DNA from: Sminthopsis crassicaudata
Taxonomy: Eukaryota
NCBI RefSeq assembly: GCF_048593235.1
Contig: NC_133621.1
Coordinates: forward strand, 30,629,254-30,693,253
Reading direction: 5' to 3'
Length of the DNA stretch: 64,000 nucleotides
In this document: positions 26,015-37,797 of the stretch, in pieces
Numbering within the stretch: position 1 is the stretch's first letter
Layout: each line of letters opens with the position of its first letter
Notes under the pieces: model-generated
The model's database searches: none
The model's input: the letters and a program-made list of their open reading frames with translations, nothing else
What the model was told of the DNA's origin: nothing
Program-made: the position numbers and the translations under genes

Positions 26015-26707
26015 GTGGGATTGCTGTTGCTGTTTTAACCACAATCTTCAAAGGCAGCTAAATAGCATCACGGGCAGAGGGCTAAACTTGAAGTCAAGAA
26101 GTGAGTCCAGATCCTGTCTCAGAAACTTATTAGTTTTACTTCTCTACTATGCAGTTTTTCTTTCTATAAAATGGGAATAATAGTACCTCATCTCACAGGG
26201 CCACTCTAAAGAGCAGATGAGGTATTAGATGTAAAGCACTTTTGGTAAACTTTAGAGCACAACGTAAAAAAATGTAAGATATTACCAAAGTTGATGAATG
26301 ATGTATGAGAGAAGCTATAATCTCTTGTGAGGAGAATTCTCACAATAACAAAATTACAAGTCTTTGAAATATCAAAGTTCAGTTCAAAATAACTGCAAAG
26401 TCAATGAGGACCCTAAAATGCCTTAAATGTATAAGTTATATCCACAAATAGGAGATACTACAGCATAGTGGAGAGGAAGATGGCCTTAAAATCAGACAGA
26501 TCTGGGTTCAAGCATCCTCTCAGACACATACTGGGCTGTGTGACCCTGGGAAAGTCCTTCTCTCAAAGGCCTAGGACACTCTCTAAGGGCCTAACATGAG
26601 TTCAGTCCCCCTCCCTGTGCCAAATATAAAGCTAAATAGAGAGTTGCATTTTCCAGAACAAAAGAGATCTGTGAAAGACATGATCTACTCTGAACCATCC
26701 AGAACAT

Positions 26708-26744
<37 letters not shown>

Positions 26745-29700
26745 TTTATTTTACATTCAGAATCCAAGGATCCAGGACTTCAGCCACCAGGTTATGACCG
26801 CCACCCACACAGGTCACAAGCTATTGGGAAAGGGTGACCGAAAGCTGCCCAAGCTGAATAAAGCTCTCCTCATTCAGCCTCAGATGACGGCCATACAGTC
26901 TATCAAAGGGTTTGACCTTTACCCTCAGCTTGCCCACTTTTCTAAGACCTTCACCAGCATGAGCTTGGAGAACCCCCAGTCACTTCCATGCCCGGATGAG
27001 AGCACATGATGCAATTACCTGGTGTAGTTCACCTTGTATCCTGCGACATCATCGTTGGGAGATCGTAATCTTCGCTGAGATGGCGTCTCCAGGTGCCAAT
27101 AGTTGATGCGATTTAGAAACATCTTGGCCAGTTCTACTATTGTCTGTCTCTCTTTGGAGGGTAGGTGGCTAAACTTGTAATGTACAAAATTATTCACACC
27201 CTTAAAAGAAGGAGGAAAGACACTGGTAAAGGCCATTGCATAAGCATTTATTATCCCTGTGTGAGGTACTTCACTAGGTGCTCGGAATGCCAAGACAAAA
27301 TTAAACAGTTCCTACCCTCAAGAGACTTTGATTCTACCAAGGGCCACAATGTGTACACAATGATGCAAAACACAAGAGAACATTGGTCACTGAAACGGGG
27401 GAAAGAGAAGGATATGTGCTACAGGAAGGCTGCAGAATAGTTTCAAATAATGTAAGTAGAAAAAACAAGACTTGGCAAATGACTGACTCGAGGAATTGAG
27501 GGAGAAGGAAGAGTCAAAGGTGACTCAGACTGAGAACTCAAGTGTTTGGACAGATAGGGGTGTTCCCACGTTTAACTTTGAATAATAAAACGTTCGGTAA
27601 GGATTATTAGGCAGAAGACTTAAAAACATTCTGAAAACAAGTTGTCATATCCCATTCACTTCTGGAAAGAATGAGATGCAGAAGGGGAAGCTAATCCAAG
27701 ATGGTAATGTGTGCAATATGGAAGAAGACAGGAAGAAGATGGGACTTATAATTCTGGGCCCCAGTCTTGCCCAAAGAAATGAAATGGTGCTGAGAAAACA
27801 AAACCACAAGCTCGAAGTGTCAAAACATTGCCCTTTGAAATGTTTCCGCTTTAAAATTAATGAGTGACAAGGCGATTTTTCCCATACTGTCATCAGAGCA
27901 GTACTTGAATAACAACACCCTAAAGGATCACAGCATTTGCTTTATTTCTGTCACTAAAAAATGTAATCACAAAACTGCTAAAAAGGATGTCTAATGAAAT
28001 AAATCATTACAACGTCAATCTCTTAGCTTGCACATTTTATATAAGGGTTCTGAATTTCTAAATGCTCCAAGTTCCCTACTCCCAAGCACTCACTCTAGGC
28101 AAAGTGAGCTTTTTGAGCTGGAGGAGAGGGATCCAAAAAGGAAATCAGAGACAGGCCCTTTCCCTCTAAAAGAGCCGCCATTGTATGAGAAGAGGCAATG
28201 TGCTGCTGCAATAGGAATAGGAAAGGGAAAGGAACTGAGGCAGCTTTTTGAAGCTCTCCAGACATGGCAGCCCATTTCATTTTTAGGTATATCTAAGTAT
28301 TAGGAAATTGTTTTGGGTTTTTTTTTTTTTGGTTTTGTTTTTTTTTTCCATCTAAGAAGTCTCAGTTCTCTTCTTGGATCTGAAGTCAGAGAGATCAGGA
28401 AAATGGAAGAGAAACCTGTGTGACTTGATCAAATCATTTAACATCTCTGGGCCTCGATTTTTTAATTTGTAAAGTGAGATGAGATTGCCTCTCAGGCACC
28501 CATCAGCTTTAAATCTATCTTACAAATGGGCTGCAATATGTAAACAGGCAAATACAGAATAATTTGAAGAGTAAGGAGAGTCCTGCTCACCAAAAACTAG
28601 CTCTTTTCCAGTTAAACTTTTTAATCTTCAAAATAAACTATAACTAGACTTATACTTACATTAAAACATAGACAAAGTTTCTTATCCAAATAAACCACGA
28701 AGAAAATTGATGCTCCTACTTAATATTTTAAGGAAAACTCCACTTATTCCCATGTTCTCTGGTGTTTCAAATAGGAATGGGTGTTGGATTTTACCAAATG
28801 CTTTTTCTGCATCTATATATAATGTTTGTTAGTTTGTTTATTGATATGGTCAATTATGTTGATAGTTTTCCTGGTATTGAACTAGCCCTGCATTCTTGGT
28901 ATAAATCTCACTTGATCACAGTATATTATCTTGAAATAAATTGCTGTAATCTCTTTGCTAATATTTACTTAAGAGTTTTGCCTCAATATTTATTGGGAAA
29001 ATTAGTCTATAATTTTCTTTCTGTTTTGGCCCTTCCTGGTTTAGGTATCAGTACCATATCTGTATCATAAAAGGAATTTGGTAAGACTCCTTCTTTGCCT
29101 ATTCTTCCAAATAGTTTATACACATTATAATTAATTGTCCTTTAAATGTTTGATAGAATTCACTTATAAATCCAAGGCTTGGAGATTTTTTTCCTTAGGG
29201 ACTTCATTAATGGCTTGCTTAATTTCTTTTTTCTAAAATGGGATTATTTAAGTATCTTATTTCCACATCTGTTAATCTGAGCAATCTACCTTTTTGTAAG
29301 TATTCATCATTTTACTTAGATTATCAGATTTATTGGCATACAATTGGAAAGAAAACTGACACTGAAGGAGGCAGTGTGCTAGTACAAAGGATACTCAATT
29401 GAGACTCCGAGGACCTGAGTTGGAAGCCCATTTTGGTCTTTCATGTCCTTGCCCCGTTGCCCCTCTAAGCTTCAGTCTCCTCACAAGTAAAAAAGGGACT
29501 TGGACCAGATATCCTCAAAGATGTCTATAATGGTCAGATTGCCAAAGTGCTGAGAGGGATTTATCTGCTATTCACGTGACAGATATAGTTCTTTCTATTT
29601 TCTTGGTTTTAACACGTGAAAGTGTTGCGAACCTGAAATGACCAAGTCTTAGAAAAAGTCTTTAGAAAAAACCACCTTTGACAAAATATAGCACTCATTT

Positions 29701-32700
29701 ATGTTAAAGATAGTTCAAAACATAATCATAGAGGTGCCTTTTTTTAATACCTTAAAAATTTTTCAAAATAAAAGCAACATCAGAATGCACTGGGAAATCT
29801 TCCCCAATAAATAAGGGTCTAAAGCAAGAATGCCTTCTCTCCCTACTATTGTTTAGTTCTAGAAACACTAGAAATACCAATAAGAATGTGTATTTTCACT
29901 GGCTTTCTCCCCTATCTAGAACTCTTTCCTTCTGTCTCCTTATTTTCCTTACTTTCTCCAAATCTCTACTAAAATTAAAGCCTTTCCCAGGTCTTCTTGA
30001 TGTCAGTGGCTTCCCAAAACAGAGAAATAAGAAGACACCTCCCCTGCTTTATCTGAAGAAGCAGGGGGATCATGGGAACAGTACATTTAACACTAGTCAT
30101 TTTCACATAATTATGTTGTTTAGTTTTGTTGAAATTCTCTTCCTTTTTTTTTTTCTCCTTCTTTAAGAAGGCATGGGTGAGATGATAGCCACAGTGCCAA
30201 TCACTATTTAAAACAAAACTACCAATAGAAAATAATTTTGAAAAGCATGAAAAAGTTCCAGGTAAAAGGATTCTAAAGACCCTTAAATGCCACATCTACT
30301 CTAATTAGTCTTGCCCCGGAGACCAGCTAAGATGAATGGGAAGATCCCATTTCTCCCATCCTGCTCATTTATCTGAGCAGTAATGAGCTAGAACGTATGT
30401 CACACTGCAAGAGTGCCTATGGCACTTAAGCGAACATTCTACAAGCTGCAACAGGTTCCCAAAGCCACTGCCTGCTTCCCATGAGCCAAAGCGGGATGTC
30501 ATTTTCAAGGTTCTCAATCTCCAGCTCGGCTTGACTAGTCTTCTTACTCAAAGTATTGGATCCCACTGCTTCAAAGGGCTTTCTTAGTGAGGGCCAAAGT
30601 AAAGGATGAAGCCTGAATGGTCAAACAACAGCATCAAGAAAAGGCAAATTTAATCCCTTCCTTACTGTTTACATATTCCAGTTTATTTCTCCCTGCTCAG
30701 ATGTGCATGTTAATTTTAAAAGTCAGCGGCCCAAAAAAACAAAAGCCAGGTTCTTTCCCAAGGTAAACATTCCCCTTGGCTCACAAAGAGCCAAGGGGGC
30801 AGGATTTTGTGAGAATGGCTTCCAATGTCTAAGATGACCTAAAAAACCTAATAAGACCATGGCAGAATATGGAAGTGACCACAGTGAGGTCATGATAGAG
30901 AAGAGGGTGGAAGAGGGAAGGGTCACCCAGAAAGAGAGAAAAAAAGTGTTTTTCAGCACAAGAGAATATTTATTACTTTCTTCCACTTGAAATTCTTTGC
31001 AAGGGGTCAATCGACAAGCATTTATTAAGCTCCTACCATCTGCTGGGCACTGTGGCAAGCAGCACAGATAGAAAGAAAGATTTGTAAAGCCCCCAATCTC
31101 GAGGAGCTCACCTCTGATGGGGGAGACAACAACATACAAACAATTACTGTTTAGCATGACTTGGGGGTGGTCTCAGAGGGAAGACACCAACATCAACAAG
31201 CACCGAGAAAGGTTTCAATTTTACTGGAGATTTGAAGAAGGAAAATCAGAAGGCAGAAATAAGGAAGGAGAGAGTTCTAAGGAGGGGAAAAAGCCTGTGA
31301 AAATGTGCAATGTTATTGTTATTGCTAGCATTTCCAGAACTCTATCATTAAACAATAATAGTAAGGGGAGTGGATATTCTTACTCTACACTCCTTGTTTA
31401 CTGAAAATTCTAGTGCATTCTGTGGCACTGCTTTTCCTTTTAAATATTTTTAATGGTATTTAAAAAAAGGTCCCTCTATACCTGTGTATTGGATGGTCTT
31501 TAGCATAAATGACACTGTACTTTGGCAAAGACTTTTTTTCTAAATCTATTTAAAAAATTGCATAGTTTTGGATTTTTTTTAAAAATAAGATTAATTATGG
31601 TGATTGTTTTTCTAACGCTGAACCATCTTTGCATTCGTGATATAAATCCTTTTAAAACAGACTTCATAATGGTCAGCTAAGTGGTACAGTGGATAGGATA
31701 GTGTGGTGGCGTGGAATCAATAAATCTTCCTGAATTTAAATACAGCCTCAGAGTCTTACTAGCTATGTGGCCCTAGGCAAGTCACTTAACCATGTTTTCC
31801 TCAGTTTTCTTATCTATAAAATAAGCTGAAGAAGGAAATGGCAAACCACTTCAGTATCTCTGCCAATAAAGCCCTAAATGGAGTCACAAAGAGTCAGACA
31901 GGACTGAAACAGGTGAACAACTGTGAATGACTTCTTGGATAAATCACTGTAGTCTGTTATGGTTTAGCTAAAATTTCTGAATCAATATTCACAAATGATA
32001 TTGGTCTATAGTTTTCCTATGCCCTATTCTTTCCTGCTTTGGGAGTTAGGATCATATGCCTCATAAAAAGAATCTGATAGGGTGGCTCTCCGGGAAGAGT
32101 AAGGGGAAGGATAGTGGGGAAAATAAGGCAATGGCAAAAACAAAAGACATCAATAAAAATCTCTTTTTAAAAAAATACACTGAGTCAGGAGATAATGTCA
32201 GGGCTGAGGAATGGTATTACTATATGAGACAGACATGGCAGTCAGATATAAGAAAGGTGGGGAGTGGATTAGTTTTGTTTTATATCATTTTATAACTTCT
32301 TTGTATTTCTTTATCTATATCCAAATTGGCAAGTACTAAACTTGGGAGTCAATATCCTCCCTTTGGCACTCAATAACTATATGCCCCCACCTAGAAGCCT
32401 CGGTTTCCTTGAAATGCCTTGGAATGAAGATGAAACTATCTGCCTAAAATGGTTGTTGTTTTACATAGCTATGCATATTTTTACTAAGGTTTTATAGTGG
32501 GAAGTAGAGGTAGAGGAAGAGAAACTTACACATTATTAAAAATAAAATTTAACTAAAAATAGTTCATCTGGCAATACAAATGTCAGCCAATACATTCTTA
32601 TCCCTCTTTTGCAAGAGTAGAAATATTTCCCCTTTTCTTGTCTTTGTATTTTTAAAGGGTGGAAATATTTTATATTTTTTTGTCTTTGTGATCTATGTCT

Positions 32701-33470
32701 AATATAGCACTTTAAAAACAATAGGTGCTTAATAAATGTTTATTGAAGGCAAATGAATTTTTTGAATTGAGCTCAGTGTAAGCATGCATTTTTACCTGTT
32801 CAATACTAGGTTTCTCAAACGGGGGGCTCTCCAAGGATCCTTCGACTACTGGTTTCCCCATCTGTAAAATGCATTTTCTCAAAAGCTGCCAAGGAACCAA
32901 AGAACAAAATGTTAAATAAAATCACAATATACACATGAAAAAGGCTAAAAATATTTGAGAGAAAGGCATTATCTTTATTCTTGACCTAAATTACATATAA
33001 ACTGCTGACAACCAAGTAACATCCTCCAAAAGACTACGGACTGTCAGATGTCTTCAGTGAATAGGTCAGACCACCAGGGAGAGGAGTGACTGAAGGGAAC
33101 TCTCTTGCTCTACTTTTCTATCTTTCCAACTGTCTTTGTGGCAATCCCACAATCCTTTCCCCCTCTCCCCAAACATTTCTTTGTTGAGAGAATACTAGAG
33201 GTGATGAGTGGACAAAGAAAAGAATGATGACAGCTCTCTGACCTAATTCACTAGCTCTTACATTTTTATGGGTATTTGATCAAGATTTCTTTGAAAATTT
33301 ATCAGTATAAAATATTATCTGGAGGTCTTCATGTTAGAACTTTGCAGAATTTAAGTGATAGTAACTTTCAGGACCTGCCTTTTCACTGACTTCAAAACTT
33401 TCTCTCTGTCTCTGTGTCTGTCTTTCTGTATGTCTGTCTGTGTCTCATCACTCTTTCTCTCTCTCTCACT

Positions 33471-33518
<48 letters not shown>

Positions 33519-35271
33519 TAGAGTTTCAGCATCCTAAGTTTTACTTCCCACAAAAGCAGAATCAGATGGGAGCCTCAAGTGCCATTTAATCCAACTCAGA
33601 ACTGAACAGAGGAACTTTCTGCAGCATGTTGGAGCTGAGGTCTCTCCTCTCTTGTTGCCCAAAGTCCTCAAAGAGTAGAGCACCCACTATTTCCTAAGAA
33701 AGGTTATTCCACTGAGGCAGCTACGTGGTGCAATGGATAGAATGCTAGGCCTAGAATTAGGAAAACTCATCTTCCTGAGTTCAAATCCTGCCTCAGATGC
33801 TTCCCAGCTGTGTGACCCATGTCCCTTAAACATGTTTGCCTCTAATTCCTCATCCATAAAATGAGGGGGAGAGAGAAATAGCAAACTACTGAAGTATCTT
33901 TACAAGGAAACCTCAAAGGAGGTCATAAAGAGTTAGGCACAGCTGAACCAACTCAACAACCACCACCAGTTTCTCCCGATAGTCTTCAGCTTTCACCCTT
34001 TACTCTTTATTCTGGTCTCTGGGACCCACCAGGCCAAATCTAATTTCTGTGACACAGGAGGGAATTCAGATTTATAAAATCGATCAATTTACCCAAGGAT
34101 TATCAGGACTATTTAAAAAGTCAGCTCTCCTACATGTTCAAAGCACTGGGATTAATTTCCCACCACTGGCATTGAATACTTGGGAGTAAGCTGACAGCCA
34201 AGTGACAAGAGATCCAGAGCACCCATGCTGAAAAACTGTACTCCTGTCCCTGTTTAAACTCAATTTGTAGCTACTCAGGTCGGTAGACAGCTATGGGTTT
34301 ATTTTAGTCACACACACTGTCTCTCCACTCCACTGCCTTTGTGTTTCATGCTTAGAAACAATCCTGAATCATCCAGATGTATACAGAAGGGCACTAAGGC
34401 ACAAAGCTATCGGGCACTGGACACCCACATGTACCCAGAATATGAAGGGCACTAGGGCACAGAGCTATCAATGCATTGGCCATCCAGATGTACCCAGAAT
34501 ACAAGGGCACTAGGGCACAGAGCTATCAAGGCATTGGCCATCCAGATGTACCCAGAATACAAGGGCACTAGGGCACAGAGCTATTAGGGCACTGAACACC
34601 CAGATGTATCCAGAATATGAAGGGCACTAGGGCACAGAGCTATCAAGGCATTCCTTATCTCTTAACAAGCCTATGAGGTGGGGATTCCATTTTACAGATG
34701 AAAAAACTGAGGATAAAAGAGATTAAGTAATTTATACATTGCTTGTTAAAAGTCCATGGTAGTAATAAAAGCTGATCATAGCAAAACCTCTCAGGATTGA
34801 GGAGGAGAGGGGAGAAGAAGAAAAAGAAGGAATTGTTCTGGTCACTTAATCCATTACTGTTGGCCAAATGGGCCATTTGAGGAGTTGGAATTTCAAGTTT
34901 GAAGCCAGTGTGTTATACTTGGAAGAAAGCTGCTATTTGGAGATCAGAAAGTTTGAATTCTAGCACAGATCAGTTACTTCCCCTCTCAGGAATAAAGGAG
35001 GTTTCACTCTTTCTGTTGTTGTTTTCTGGCATTTTATTTTTTCTCAGTTTTTTTTTTTCCCTTTTTGATCTGATTTTTCTTGTGCAGCAAGATCTATGTA
35101 TACATACATTGTATTTAACATATATTGTAACATATTTAACATGTTTCGGATTACCTGCCATCTAGGGGAGGGAGTGAAGGGGAAGAAGAGAAAAATGTGG
35201 AACAGAAAGTTTTACAAGGGTCAGTGTTGAAAAAATACCTATGCATGTTTTGTAAATAAAAAGTTTTAATT

Positions 35272-35307
<36 letters not shown>

Positions 35308-36041
35308 TTGTAAAAGAGGACCAGTCCCTCATTTACAGACCATAGATTGGGAATACAAAATCTTCATTTTTACAGAAGAAGAAACTGAGTCACAGGGAAT
35401 CAAACTCATGTATGTTGGCATGAGAGGTGATAACCAGACAAAGGATTTGAGTCTTGCTTCCAGAGTCACTGCTTTTTCACTGTCTCAGTTTCCCCCAGAC
35501 GACTTTACATTAGCCTTCAAGCTGGACAGCTTTGCCCTCTAGCATCCCATAATCTAAAGTGGATTTCAAAGGACCACCCCCATTCACTTCCAAAAATTCA
35601 CTATTTTGACCAATGAATAGAAGATTTTTCTTTTTAAACACAGGTCTGAAAGAAATTTTGAATGCTGCCTTACCTTACAAAGGCTATTTTGGTAAATTAG
35701 AAGAATATACAGAACTAGCTAGATAATAGTACAAATATGTTTACACATATTGGATTTAACACATATTTTAACATGTATAACATATGTTGGATTGCTTGCC
35801 ATCTAGGGCAGGGGGCGAGGGGAAGGAAGAGAAAATCTAAAACACAAGGCTAGGCAAGAGTTAATGTTGAACAATTATCCGTGCCTAAGTTTTGAAAATA
35901 AAAAGCTTTAATAACAACAAACAAACAAACAAAAAAAGAATATACAGGACTGGGATCAAGTGAAGTATCAGATGCCTTTTGAATTATTTGCCTGGAGTAA
36001 GATATTTGAGGCAATCAAGTTCCATATTTTGGCCTTTTTTC

Positions 36042-36077
<36 letters not shown>

Positions 36078-37766
36078 CATGAGTTAGACATTGCCTTGTT
36101 AGCAAAAGAAAGGATTTCAATCAATCAGCAAGTATATCTTAGTCACCTCGGTGCCAATCAGGGCTTTTTTTCAACTCGCCACCAATGTTTTCTGGCTCAG
36201 TGGACTGCTTATAAACAGAGTCAAATCAGGAGGCTGACAGGATGGAAACCTTGACGCCACCTTTACTTGTAGCGGGCCAGTGGGCTCCTGCCAAGGATCT
36301 GCTCCAACACAAATAATAGTCACATTCTTGCAGGCCCTGTTTTTCTTTTCCTGACGTCTCCTCCCGAAACCTGAAGAGTAGAGGCTCGAGCACAGCTGGG
36401 CCCGGATGACTCAGGCTACAGGGCCTCGTCAGAGTCCCAGAACCCCAGAGCAGCCGTATTGAAGGGAACATGCCCTCCAGGGCTTGGTATGAGAGAAAGA
36501 ATCTTGGCTCTGGGGTCAAAGGGGAGGGTTCACAACCTGCCTCTCATATGGGGCTCTGGGAAATAATAATGACAACAACAGTAATATCGATGATGAAGGT
36601 TAGAGGGCTTTCACCTTGGCAGTGCTGGCAGTTCAACTAGAAGTTCAGGTGCAATTATTAGCCCCATTTTACAGATGAGAAGACAGAAGCTAGGAGAGAT
36701 AAAGTGACTTCTACACTACGAGTAAGTGTCTGAAGCTTGGTTTGGACTCTAGAATACCTGGCTCTGAATTTAGTCCTCTATCCACTAAACCAGAGGGGTA
36801 GCCCAGACCACATTAAAATGTAGTTGGAAAAAGTTTGCCAAAAATATGATACAACATAGATAATGCTCATTTGTGGCTTTCAAAATAAATATGCGGCCTG
36901 GCAGGGAGCCAGTTTCTCTTTGAGTTTAACGGCACTGTACAATCAATCTCCCTCTTAACCAGCTCCCCATTTATAACCCCACCCCCACTCCCGGACATCA
37001 GCTCCCTATTCTATAAAACGGAGGGGCTGGACTAAATGGCTCTGGGGCCTGCAAGTTCTAGATCTATGAGTAAGTGCTGATGAAGCCACTGACTTCTATC
37101 ACAGCTGGTTGCTTTTTTAAAGAACTAGACTATTTTTTAAAAGGCAATCGGGATTAAGTGACCAGGGTCACACAGCTAGGAAGTATCAAGTGTTTGAAAC
37201 CATATTTCAACTTAGGTTCTCTCTTGACTCCAGGCCAGGCCAGGGCACTATCCACTGTGCCATCCAGCTGCCCCAAGTTTCTTTCCCTTATCATCCAACC
37301 TCAGCATTCCATTTGGTAGCTGCCACTATCTACTCCTAGTCCTGCCCTTTAGGACCAAACAAAACCAATTTAGAAAGTCTTCTACAAGATCTAATCCAGT
37401 TCCAATTGATCCATGATGGACAGAATCAGCTACACCCAGAGAAGGAACACTGGGAAATGAGTGTAAACTGTGAGCATTTTTTTTGTTTTTCTTCCCAGGT
37501 TATTTTTACTTTCCAATCCAATTCTTTCTTTGCAACAACAACAACAAAATTTGGTTCTACACATATATATTGTACCTATGATATACTATAAGATATTTAA
37601 TATGTATGGGAATGCCTGCCATCTAGGGGAGGGGGTGGAGAGAAGGAGGGAAAAACTCGGAAGAGAAGGGAGTGCAAGGGATAATGTTGTAAAAAATTAT
37701 CTATGCACATGTACTGTCAAAAATGTTATAATTATAAAATTAATAAATAAAAGGGAAAAAATCCTC

Positions 37767-37797
<31 letters not shown>

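Noticed and set aside
25681-26180. ORFs with CVCVCV or HTHTHT runs
   Set aside because: These are translations of (GT)n microsatellites.
34370-34652. CRISPR-like appearance of the 58-bp repeat; possible p53 sites in its gggcac motifs
   Set aside because: There are no unique spacers, the units are wholly repeated, and the context is eukaryotic. The motifs lack the CWWG core of p53 half-sites.
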